59,090 nucleotides of DNA from a virus (Duplodnaviria; Caudoviricetes), in the IMG/VR virus record IMGVR_UViG_3300046777_002911, positions 1 to 59,090 of that record. One strand, written 5' to 3'. The position numbers and the translations under genes are program-made. The notes under the pieces are model-generated. The model saw only the letters and a list, made by a program, of their open reading frames with translations. It was not told the origin of the DNA and ran no database searches. This document shows, in pieces, positions 42,347-50,826 of the stretch. The first letter of the stretch is position 1. The number at the start of each line of letters is the position of its first letter.

Positions 42347-45300
42347 ATGGCCCGTTTAAGAATTGAAACCGCCCCTGAAATTACAGTTTATGATGAAGCT
42401 TTTGTCATTAAAGCAGCAGCAAATGCATCAGCGCCTTTAATACAATTAAAAGATTCATCTGGCACAGTAGTAGGTAATATAACTTCATCTGGAACACTAA
42501 ATGTCACCTCTGTTGTTGCATCCAATGCGGGCAGTAGTTCTACAGACTTGGCCACAAGAGCCTATGTAGATACAGTCGCTAGTGGAATGAATTGGCACGC
42601 AGCAGTAGAATATGCAACTGCAGCGGCTCTTCCAGCATGCACATACGCTAATGGAACCGATGGAGTTGGCGCAACTTTAACAGGAGATGCTAACGGCAGA
42701 CTTACTGTAGATGGTTCACCTCAAACAACTGGTAAATCTGTTCTGGTTAAAAACCAAGCTGACGCAAAACAAAATGGAATTTATTATATAACAGCACAAG
42801 GCGTTGATGGATCTGCACCTTTTGTGTTAACGCGCCGTTCAGACACCAATAATAGTGTTGCTGGTCAAGTAAAAGCTGGAGATGCAGTATATGTTGTTGG
42901 TGGTTCAAATAACGGTGGTCAAGCATTTACGTTGACTTCGGTTGGAACAGGTACTGGTGGAGTAATAGTTCTTGGTACTGATGATTTAACATATACACAA
43001 TTTACTGGTACTGCAACATTTACAGCTGGAGCTGGTTTGTTGGCCACTGGTAATGTGGTTGACGTAGTGACCGCATCTTCAAATAGAATTGTTGTTAATG
43101 CAAATAGTATTGATTTAGCGACTGTAGCTCAGACTAATACAGCTGGTTCAAATACTACATCTTTTGTGAGTTCTGTTAGTGTTGATTCATATGGAAGAAT
43201 AACGGGAACTGAAACTTCATCAGTTTCATTTTCTGGATACGCTACACTAGCAAATCCAGCTTTAACTGGAGTCCCTACCGCTCCAACAGCAGCTAACGGA
43301 ACAAGTAATACTCAGATAGCTACAACAAACTTTGTCCAAAACGCAGCAACTCAAGCCGTATCCGATGCAGGCAACAATGCAATTTTAAAGTCTTTAGTAG
43401 ATACCAAAGGAGATCTTATTGTTGGAACAGCAGATGATACTCCAGCAAGAATTGGAGTTGGCAGCAACGGTCAGGTCTTAAAGGCAAATTCTTCTACTGC
43501 AACTGGGCTTGAGTGGGGTTCATTTTCTCCAGTAATTACTTTAGGTGGAGATTTAACAGGAAACGTAACTTTAACAAATTTAGGTAACGCAACATTAACA
43601 GCTACAATTGCTACAAATTCTGTTGCCCTTGGTACTGATACAACAGGTAACTATGTTTCAGATGTATCTGGTGGAACTGGAATTACGGTTACCCACACTC
43701 CTGGTGAAGGATCAACACCGTCTATAGCAATTAATACCGCGGTAACTGCAGACTTAACAACAGCTCAAACATTAGCTAATAAAACATTTACTACTCCAAA
43801 CATAGGTGTAGCAACAGCTACAAGTGTTAATAAGGTTACAATTACAGCTCCAGCAACATCTGCTACTTTGACTTTAGCAAATGGTAGTTCATTAATTACA
43901 TCTGGAGCATTTAATACAACAATTACAACAACTGCAAATACAACAGTAACCCTTCCAACTACTGGAACCCTATATGGAACAGCATCTGGAAGTATTACTT
44001 CAGCTCAAATAGCCACATCTGTTTCAGATGAAACTGGAACTGGAAACTTAGTATTTTCTAATTCTCCAGTATTAGTTACTCCAAATATTGGAACTCCATC
44101 CTATGCCGTCTTATCCAGTGCCACGGGTCTTCCAATCTCCACTGGTGTATCTGGACTTGGAACTGGCGTAGCGACCTTCTTAGCAACTCCATCTTCGGCT
44201 AATCTAGCATCATCTTTAACTGATGAAACTGGATCTGGACTTGTTGTATTTAATACAAGTCCTAATATTAATACTTCAATAACAACATCAAGCGCATCTT
44301 TTAATTTAGTTAACACTAACGTTACTACGTTGAACTTTGCTGGTTCGGCTACAACTCTAAACATAGGAAGTACTTCTGGAAATACAGCATTAAATGGAAA
44401 CGTAACAGTTGGAGGAAGCTTAACTGTTAATGGTGCTAATACCATAATTAATGCCAATACACTTGTTGTTGCAGACAAAAATATTCAAATGGCTAACTTG
44501 GAAGTTCAAACAAATACTACTGCGGATGGTGGAGGAATTCTTCTTCATGGCGCAACAGATAAAACATTCTATTGGTATGACGCATCTGCTTCATGGACTT
44601 CATCTGAACACTTAGATTTAGTATCTGGTAAAGTTTATAAGATTAATAATACAACAGTTCTTTCTGGGACTACACTTGGCTCTGGGATTACTGGTTCTTC
44701 TCTAACATCATTTGGTACAAGCCCTGCCTTAACAACGCCTGTGATATCTTCGGGTGGAGCATCGTTTAGTGGTTCAACTTCTGGAACAACAGTTCTACAA
44801 GCTAACGCAACAGCTTCTGGAACAATTACTCTTCCTGCAGTCACAGGAACTGTTGTTACAACTGGAGACACTGGAACAGTCACATCAACGATGATTGCTA
44901 ACGCAACGATTATTGACGCTGACATTAACGCTTCCGCTAATATTGCTCTTTCAAAACTTGCGACTGGTACAGCTGGTAATATTTTAGTTTATAATGCTTC
45001 TGGCGTACTTGCATCAGTTGCAGAAACAGGTGATGTAACTATAGATTCTAGTGGTGTAACAGCAATCGCCGCAAACTCAGTTGTTAATGCTGATATTAAC
45101 TCGGCAGCAGCTATAGCTTACTCTAAACTAGCACTGAGTAATTCAGTTGTTAATGCGGACATTGCAACTACAGCAGCCATAGCTTACTCCAAACTAAGCC
45201 TAACGGGATCTGTCGTTAATGCAGATATATCAACTAGCGCAGCAATTGATCAGAATAAAATAGCTGATACAACATTAAATCAACAAGCAGCTAGCTACAC

Positions 45301-45571
45301 CTTAGTGTTAACTGATAAAAATAAGATGGTTGAAATTTCAAACGCTGGAGCAACTACTCTTACAATTCCAGCAGACAATACTGTAAATATGGCTACTGGC
45401 GCTACTTTAACAATTTTACAAACTGGAGCTGGACAAGTTACAATAGCTGGAGCTTCAGGTGTTACGGTAAACGCAACTCCAGGGCTTAAGTTGCGTACAC
45501 AATGGTCATCTGCTACACTTATTAAGAGAGCTGCAAACACATGGGTAGCCCTAGGAGACTTGAGCGCATAA
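42347..45571 (+). CDS. long tail fibre-like protein, 1074 aa
   Basis: AGGAG SD; modules shared with 31800..35963, including the C-terminal LR.QWSSATLI....TWVA.GDL. Confidence 0.8.
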   Translation: MARLRIETAPEITVYDEAFVIKAAANASAPLIQLKDSSGTVVGNITSSGTLNVTSVVASNAGSSSTDLATRAYVDTVASGMNWHAAVEYATAAALPACTYANGTDGVGATLTGDANGRLTVDGSPQTTGKSVLVKNQADAKQNGIYYITAQGVDGSAPFVLTRRSDTNNSVAGQVKAGDAVYVVGGSNNGGQAFTLTSVGTGTGGVIVLGTDDLTYTQFTGTATFTAGAGLLATGNVVDVVTASSNRIVVNANSIDLATVAQTNTAGSNTTSFVSSVSVDSYGRITGTETSSVSFSGYATLANPALTGVPTAPTAANGTSNTQIATTNFVQNAATQAVSDAGNNAILKSLVDTKGDLIVGTADDTPARIGVGSNGQVLKANSSTATGLEWGSFSPVITLGGDLTGNVTLTNLGNATLTATIATNSVALGTDTTGNYVSDVSGGTGITVTHTPGEGSTPSIAINTAVTADLTTAQTLANKTFTTPNIGVATATSVNKVTITAPATSATLTLANGSSLITSGAFNTTITTTANTTVTLPTTGTLYGTASGSITSAQIATSVSDETGTGNLVFSNSPVLVTPNIGTPSYAVLSSATGLPISTGVSGLGTGVATFLATPSSANLASSLTDETGSGLVVFNTSPNINTSITTSSASFNLVNTNVTTLNFAGSATTLNIGSTSGNTALNGNVTVGGSLTVNGANTIINANTLVVADKNIQMANLEVQTNTTADGGGILLHGATDKTFYWYDASASWTSSEHLDLVSGKVYKINNTTVLSGTTLGSGITGSSLTSFGTSPALTTPVISSGGASFSGSTSGTTVLQANATASGTITLPAVTGTVVTTGDTGTVTSTMIANATIIDADINASANIALSKLATGTAGNILVYNASGVLASVAETGDVTIDSSGVTAIAANSVVNADINSAAAIAYSKLALSNSVVNADIATTAAIAYSKLSLTGSVVNADISTSAAIDQNKIADTTLNQQAASYTLVLTDKNKMVEISNAGATTLTIPADNTVNMATGATLTILQTGAGQVTIAGASGVTVNATPGLKLRTQWSSATLIKRAANTWVALGDLSA

Positions 45572-45572
45572 T

Positions 45573-46005
45573 ATGGCAACTAATAACGGTGAAGGCACAA
45601 AGAGTAAAAGAAAAAAAGCTAAACCCACAATAGCCGCTCGGAACAGCTGACTCTACCGCTAATACTACTATCACGTCTGCTGGCTTTGTTGTCGGCACCG
45701 TAACGGATGTTGCTACAGCTGTTTCAGCTGAATTAAACACGGTTAAAACAGCACTAACAGATACTTCTATTGCCCCACTGGGAAGCACCATAAATTACAC
45801 TAGAAACGCTCCGTTCTTCCCACCTTACTTTCCACCTTATTTCCCACCTTATTTCCCACCTTATTTTCCTCCATTCTTCCCACCATTCTTCCCACCGTTC
45901 TTCCCTCCTTATTTCCCACCATTTTTCCCTCCATTCTTTCCTCCGTTCTTCCCACCATTCTTTCCTCCGTTCTTCCCTCCATTCTTCCCACCAGCGTTTA
46001 AGTAA
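45573..46005 (+). CDS. PASTA-like + 15x (F/Y)FPP repeat protein, about 143 aa, joined across a +1 shift at CGGA 45639
   Basis: absent from the ORF track; ATG 1 nt after the upstream stop; reads KPTIAA-G-TADSTANTTITSAGFVVGTV...AP(FFPP/YFPP)x15-AFK*. Confidence 0.8.
45814..45993 (+). repeat. 15 tandem 12-nt coding repeats (T[TA]y TTy CCn CCn)
   Basis: variation is restricted to third codon positions and the Phe/Tyr swap. Confidence 0.9.
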
Positions 46006-46073
46006 TCTTAACCTGCGGTATGGTAAGATGGTAGTGATGAAGGTAGATTAATGGCTATCGTGGAGAGTTATAG

Positions 46074-46793
46074 ATGTTTGTAAATCCTTTTACATCAGAA
46101 AATATTATTCCAATATTTTTTCTTATACTTAGTTTTATTGTTGGAAATTACTTATATAATAGTGAAAAATTTAGATCAATACTTAGGCCAGATGGTAAAA
46201 AACATTTTGGAGAAACTAGCGCAACCTCTAATTTAGTTAAAACTATCCAGTGTGCTATTGCGGTAATAGGTTTAATTTACTATTATATAACTGATATCAG
46301 GCACGGTAATTATCCCAACATAGCAATGAAGTCATTAACGATGAATCTTTTAGCAATAGAAACACTAAGTTTAATTAAAGCCAAAAAATACTATCTTAGA
46401 AAAGACATCGCCTACCATCATTATGGAGTAATTTTTTTTAGTATATTAGCTCTTGGTGTTGATTTTAATAAAAACAAACCAGCACAGATGCTAATCTTAA
46501 TGTTGTTTACGGTTAGCTTATGTGTTCCTTATATGATATATAATACTTTAAAAGCATATTATAACTTAGAGTGGTTAAGGCCATGGGCAATAATGAGTTA
46601 TATTATACCTTTTCCTATTTTTGTTATTTATTCAATACTTCAATGGAGATTTTATTCATCTGAAATTTGGAAGTGGTTTGCTATTTATTGGGTGCCAATA
46701 ACTCCAATGTTGTATACTAATTATGTATCAATTAAATTTATTCTAAAAAGACAAGAAAGCTTTACGCAGAAACATGGAAAAAAACAATATTAA
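46074..46793 (+). CDS. multi-pass membrane protein, TLC-domain-like
   Basis: 6-7 hydrophobic segments; YHH motif. Confidence 0.6.
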   Translation: MFVNPFTSENIIPIFFLILSFIVGNYLYNSEKFRSILRPDGKKHFGETSATSNLVKTIQCAIAVIGLIYYYITDIRHGNYPNIAMKSLTMNLLAIETLSLIKAKKYYLRKDIAYHHYGVIFFSILALGVDFNKNKPAQMLILMLFTVSLCVPYMIYNTLKAYYNLEWLRPWAIMSYIIPFPIFVIYSILQWRFYSSEIWKWFAIYWVPITPMLYTNYVSIKFILKRQESFTQKHGKKQY

Positions 46794-47481
46794 AATAGAA
46801 AACCCCGCTCTAGGTGTTTATATATATAAAAAAGCTTTTCCAAATAGTCTTGAACTAATAGAAAAGTTAGAGTCAGCATTAGGCAATAGTTCTGATGAAT
46901 TATTTAAATGGACAGACTCTACGCATGTAAATGGAAAAGATCTTTCAGATTATAGAACATGTTTTGATTTTAAAATACATTCGGATTATTGGAAATTTTT
47001 AACTCCAGAGTTTGAAATAATAAAATCATGTTATGAAGAAATTGAACAAACATTTGATAATATTATTGAACACTATAAAAAAATATTTAATCTTAAACTT
47101 GGCTGGAGATCAGGATTAACTTTTATCAAATATGGTCAAGGGCACCACTTTGTCAGTCATGTAGATGATGGTTCAAATGAATCATGTACTGTTTCTGCCT
47201 TGATTTATTTTAATGATGATTATGAAGGTGGAGAATTAGGTTTTCCTTTATTAGATTTAGAAATCACTCCTGAAGCGGGAGATGTTGTAGTTTTTCCATC
47301 TGGTTTTTTACATGCCCATAAAGTTAATCCAGTAAAATCTGGAATAAGATATTCGGTATTAACTTGGTGGGACTATAGTTCTAGATTTCACCCAAAAATA
47401 GAACCAACAAAATCAGGTGTTCCTAAAGTTTATAATAATGATAATGATTTATTTGATGGTGAAGGAATTTCTTTTAACTAA
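46774..47481 (+). CDS. 2OG-Fe(II) oxygenase (prolyl 4-hydroxylase-like)
   Basis: HVD...YFNDDYEGGEL...HKV...RY. Confidence 0.88.
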   Translation: MEKNNIKIENPALGVYIYKKAFPNSLELIEKLESALGNSSDELFKWTDSTHVNGKDLSDYRTCFDFKIHSDYWKFLTPEFEIIKSCYEEIEQTFDNIIEHYKKIFNLKLGWRSGLTFIKYGQGHHFVSHVDDGSNESCTVSALIYFNDDYEGGELGFPLLDLEITPEAGDVVVFPSGFLHAHKVNPVKSGIRYSVLTWWDYSSRFHPKIEPTKSGVPKVYNNDNDLFDGEGISFN

Positions 47482-48117
47482 TTATAACAATTCTGTTATA
47501 GTATAAAAAGATGGTGTAGTAAATCTCTCGCCAGCAGTAACCATTCTAACACCATGTAGATAATTTATATCACCAGGATGAGCAACTGCCAATCCTGGTT
47601 TTGGTTTTACTTCTAAACCATGCTGTGGATAATATAATTCTCCACCAGTAAAATCATCATTATAATAGATTAATGAATTTAAATCATATGTAGGGAATGG
47701 ATTAGGTGAACCGTCGTTCAACTGTTTATCAGCATGCGGTCTCTGCTCTAGGCCTGGAAACCATCTTATGATGACTGGAGGTCTTGGGTGAAGTTTAACT
47801 TTAAATTTATCTTCTAAACAAGATTTCATTTTTAAAATATATTTATCTATTAATTCATATATTTCTAAATTAATTCTCTTAAGAATATCGCAACTACATT
47901 GTCTATTTTGCCAGTATGAAGCATCATATGTGCAGGTTCCATCTTCTGAGTATTGATTTTCTCCAGCATCCATCCATTCATTTATTGTTGGAAGAAATTT
48001 TTGTATTTTTTTTAAATCATCAAGCTCAATAAAATTTTCTAATATAAGGATATTTTCTTTAGAAGATCCAAAATAGCCTGGTTCTATTAAAGATTTCTCA
48101 GATGATTGAAAATCCAT
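47482..48117 (-). CDS. 2OG-Fe(II) oxygenase (prolyl 4-hydroxylase-like)
   Basis: HAD...YYNDDFTGGEL...HGV...RF; AAGGAG SD. Confidence 0.88.
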   Translation of the reverse strand: MDFQSSEKSLIEPGYFGSSKENILILENFIELDDLKKIQKFLPTINEWMDAGENQYSEDGTCTYDASYWQNRQCSCDILKRINLEIYELIDKYILKMKSCLEDKFKVKLHPRPPVIIRWFPGLEQRPHADKQLNDGSPNPFPTYDLNSLIYYNDDFTGGELYYPQHGLEVKPKPGLAVAHPGDINYLHGVRMVTAGERFTTPSFYTITELL

Positions 48118-48190
48118 GTTGCACTCCTTGAGCTTTGCTTATATGATATAGTATATCACTAAACAATTTATTGATTGAAGGAAAACGCAA

Positions 48191-48925
48191 ATGGAATTTT
48201 TTCATGTCGGATCATGCAGTAACGTAGAAGATAATAGAAAGTTTGGCATATTTCTTTACAGGAATGCTATTCCAAGAGAGCTAAATATCCCAGAAAGATT
48301 AGAGGCTACTATCGGAAATAGCACTCATGACTTATTTAAGTGGTCAGAGGCTATGGTCGGATACAGCGAAAAGAAACCAGAATATCGAGATTGTGTTGAC
48401 TTAAAAATGAGTCCAGCACATTGGCCAATGCTAACCCCAGAATTTGAAGAAATAAAAAACTGTTACGAGGATGTTGAAAAGGGAATCAAAGCCTGTTTAG
48501 AGCACTATGAGTCTTTGTATAATTTTAAGATGGATTATATGGAAGCTATTAATTTTGTTAGATATAATCCTGGTCAACACTTCTCCGTGCACGCAGACCA
48601 TGGTTTCTCCTATACATGCACAGTCTCATCTGTAGCGTATTTAAATGACGATTATGAAGGTGGGGAATTGTGGTTTCCATATTTGAATATAAGTTTCAAA
48701 CCACAAGCTGGAGATGTTGTGTTGTTTCCTTCAACGTTCATTTATGCACACGCTTCATTAAAAGTAACAAGTGGCACAAAATATTCAGCAGTTACTATGT
48801 TTGATTATAATGACAACAACCATAGATATGGACTTGGTTATGGATCAGATGGTGGTAAGGTAGATTTAACCAAGGGAATATCAAAGGGGTCAAATCAGCC
48901 ATTGGCTTATCCACAGCCCGAATAG
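48191..48925 (+). CDS. 2OG-Fe(II) oxygenase (prolyl 4-hydroxylase-like), paralogue of 46774..47481
   Basis: HAD...YLNDDYEGGEL...HAS...KY. Confidence 0.88.
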   Translation: MEFFHVGSCSNVEDNRKFGIFLYRNAIPRELNIPERLEATIGNSTHDLFKWSEAMVGYSEKKPEYRDCVDLKMSPAHWPMLTPEFEEIKNCYEDVEKGIKACLEHYESLYNFKMDYMEAINFVRYNPGQHFSVHADHGFSYTCTVSSVAYLNDDYEGGELWFPYLNISFKPQAGDVVLFPSTFIYAHASLKVTSGTKYSAVTMFDYNDNNHRYGLGYGSDGGKVDLTKGISKGSNQPLAYPQPE

Positions 48926-48933
48926 GAGATAAA

Positions 48934-49533
48934 GTGTTTGATAAAAATGAGATACCACGTTTAGAAAAATTAGAAAAATCTGTATACGACATTCCTCTAA
49001 CGTCTTTAGATGGACAAGAAAATATTTTGGCAAAAAATAAAGGCAAAGTTACAATGATAGTTAATGTAACTGGAGAATGCGCTAATTCCGCACAATATGT
49101 GCCAATTCAAAAATTATACGATGAGTATAAAGATCTTGGATTTGAAGTAGTAGCAGTGCCAAGTACTGATTTTTGTGATGACGCTTACGGTCCATTTAAG
49201 GATTCAAATGCAAGTCCAGAACATATGTATAATCACATGAAGGATCTTTATAAAACAGATTTGCCGTTTAGTGAATTAACAGGAATTATTCCTGAACCAA
49301 AAGCTGGAATAGAACAGCATCCATTCTATAAAATGGTTCAAGAAAATAGAGATCCAATTCAAGGTAATTTTGAAAAATTTATAGTAAGTAAAGACGGTAC
49401 AAAAATGTTTCGTTTCTGTAACTCAGATCTTTTAGATTTAGCATATAATGCGGGTGTAAGAAAAACTGATTCTAATCAAGCTTTAGTTAACATTAAGGCA
49501 GCAATAGAAGTGTTGTTGGATGAACAAAACTAA
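48934..49533 (+). CDS. glutathione peroxidase-like protein
   Basis: KGKVTMIVNVTGEC...QY, GFEVVAVPS..F, GNFEKFIV. Confidence 0.82.
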   Translation: MFDKNEIPRLEKLEKSVYDIPLTSLDGQENILAKNKGKVTMIVNVTGECANSAQYVPIQKLYDEYKDLGFEVVAVPSTDFCDDAYGPFKDSNASPEHMYNHMKDLYKTDLPFSELTGIIPEPKAGIEQHPFYKMVQENRDPIQGNFEKFIVSKDGTKMFRFCNSDLLDLAYNAGVRKTDSNQALVNIKAAIEVLLDEQN

Positions 49534-49536
49534 TTT

Positions 49537-50241
49537 ATGACTAAAGTAACCCTAACTAGGACTCATCAAAATCCTCCACAAATTGTCCAATCAAGACTAA
49601 AAAGAGAATGGATGGACAACACCTATAAGAAACACGCATACCAGTGTCTTCCTGTGACAACTGCAAATGTTCATGGTTGGGAGGTTATACTTCCGCATGA
49701 TGTAGTTGTTCAATGGGATGGTGGAAATACTAATGTAAAAATATTAAGTGGCGAAACTTATATGGATAGAACTTTAGTTTATGGTGGAATAATAGGAATG
49801 GTTTCGTTCTCTGTTGGTTGGGCATTTGGCACTGAAGACGGTTACGAGACTTGGATTGGTGGTTCTCCAAATTATTTTATAGATGGAGCTTCTCCACTCT
49901 CAGCTGTAATACCCTCTAGTTGGTGGCCAGATGAATTTCAAATGAATTGGATAATCACTAAAGTTGGTGAGCCAATAACTTTTCCAGCTGGAACTCCGTT
50001 TATGTTTTTTAACATATTTAAAAGTGATCTCCTTGAGTCGGTTCAATTTGAGGTAAATAATCTTTGGGATAAACCTGATGTAATGCAAGCTCGCCAAGCT
50101 TATGGAGACGCTAAAATGAAAAAAAATAAAGAAGAACCGTGGACTTGGATGAAGGGTATTAAAACTGGTTTAAACGAAAAAGGCGAAAGAATAGGCCCTG
50201 CAAATGCGGGTCTTTTAAAGTTAAATAACCCAGCAGTATAG
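49537..50241 (+). CDS. DUF6065-like protein
   Basis: REWMD...HAYQCLPVTTANVHGW, GGSPN, F.MNW motifs recalled for this family. Confidence 0.65.
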   Translation: MTKVTLTRTHQNPPQIVQSRLKREWMDNTYKKHAYQCLPVTTANVHGWEVILPHDVVVQWDGGNTNVKILSGETYMDRTLVYGGIIGMVSFSVGWAFGTEDGYETWIGGSPNYFIDGASPLSAVIPSSWWPDEFQMNWIITKVGEPITFPAGTPFMFFNIFKSDLLESVQFEVNNLWDKPDVMQARQAYGDAKMKKNKEEPWTWMKGIKTGLNEKGERIGPANAGLLKLNNPAV

Positions 50242-50279
50242 TTACTATTTATATATAGAAAATGTTAAAGTGAGGCGCA

Positions 50280-50537
50280 ATGGCAAACTTTTCAATAATT
50301 GATAAAAATGAAAAAATAAAAGTTTTACAACTTGTTAAAAAAGAAATTGAAGAAGAGTTGTATAAACATCTATCTAAGCTGGGTCATGATCCAGATACCT
50401 ATGCATTAAGTGGTTGGAGCTTTAATGCTTCTTCATCTAAACCAGACGAAGATCCTGAGTATCATACAAAGAATGCTCTCACAGTAGCTATAGCACGACT
50501 TGAAACAGTTAATGCAAAAATAGTACAATTGTCTTAA
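50280..50537 (+). CDS. small helical protein (paralogue 1)
   Basis: EK...E.ELYK....LGHDPDT; GAGG SD. Confidence 0.75.
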   Translation: MANFSIIDKNEKIKVLQLVKKEIEEELYKHLSKLGHDPDTYALSGWSFNASSSKPDEDPEYHTKNALTVAIARLETVNAKIVQLS

Positions 50538-50555
50538 TAGATAAAAAGAGGAAAA

Positions 50556-50813
50556 ATGGCATATTTATCAGTATCAAGAGAAGAAAAAGAAATTGCTTTA
50601 AATGCAGCTAAGGTTGAATTTGAAAGAGATTTGTATAAAACTATAATTAGATTAGGTCTTGATCCAGATACTTTTGATTTAACAACTTTTCAATTTGATG
50701 AAGAGTCTATGTCTGAAGAGGAAATTGCTAGTCCAGATTTTAAAATAAAACAACATATAGATATGATAATTTCTCGTCTTAATATCATAAATAGTAAAAT
50801 AGCAGAATTGTAA
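50556..50813 (+). CDS. small helical protein (paralogue 2)
   Basis: EK...ERDLYK....LGLDPDT; GAGG SD. Confidence 0.75.
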   Translation: MAYLSVSREEKEIALNAAKVEFERDLYKTIIRLGLDPDTFDLTTFQFDEESMSEEEIASPDFKIKQHIDMIISRLNIINSKIAEL

Positions 50814-50826
50814 TTTAGGAGAAAAA

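Noticed and set aside
29871-45571. Diversity-generating retroelement acting on the fibres
   Set aside because: No reverse transcriptase and no template/variable repeat pair with adenine-specific differences were seen.
45800-45991. Minus-strand ORF MGRMEGRTEERM..., or a CRISPR array
   Set aside because: It is the antisense shadow of the FPP coding repeat; the 12-nt units are contiguous with no spacers.
5071-46005. Treating the split genes as pseudogenes or random assembly indels
   Set aside because: All 12 breaks share one in-frame motif and direction, hit essential genes whose motifs are otherwise intact, are 5'-biased and recur at a homologous site. Random decay is unlikely. A systematic sequencing error is not fully excluded and needs raw reads.
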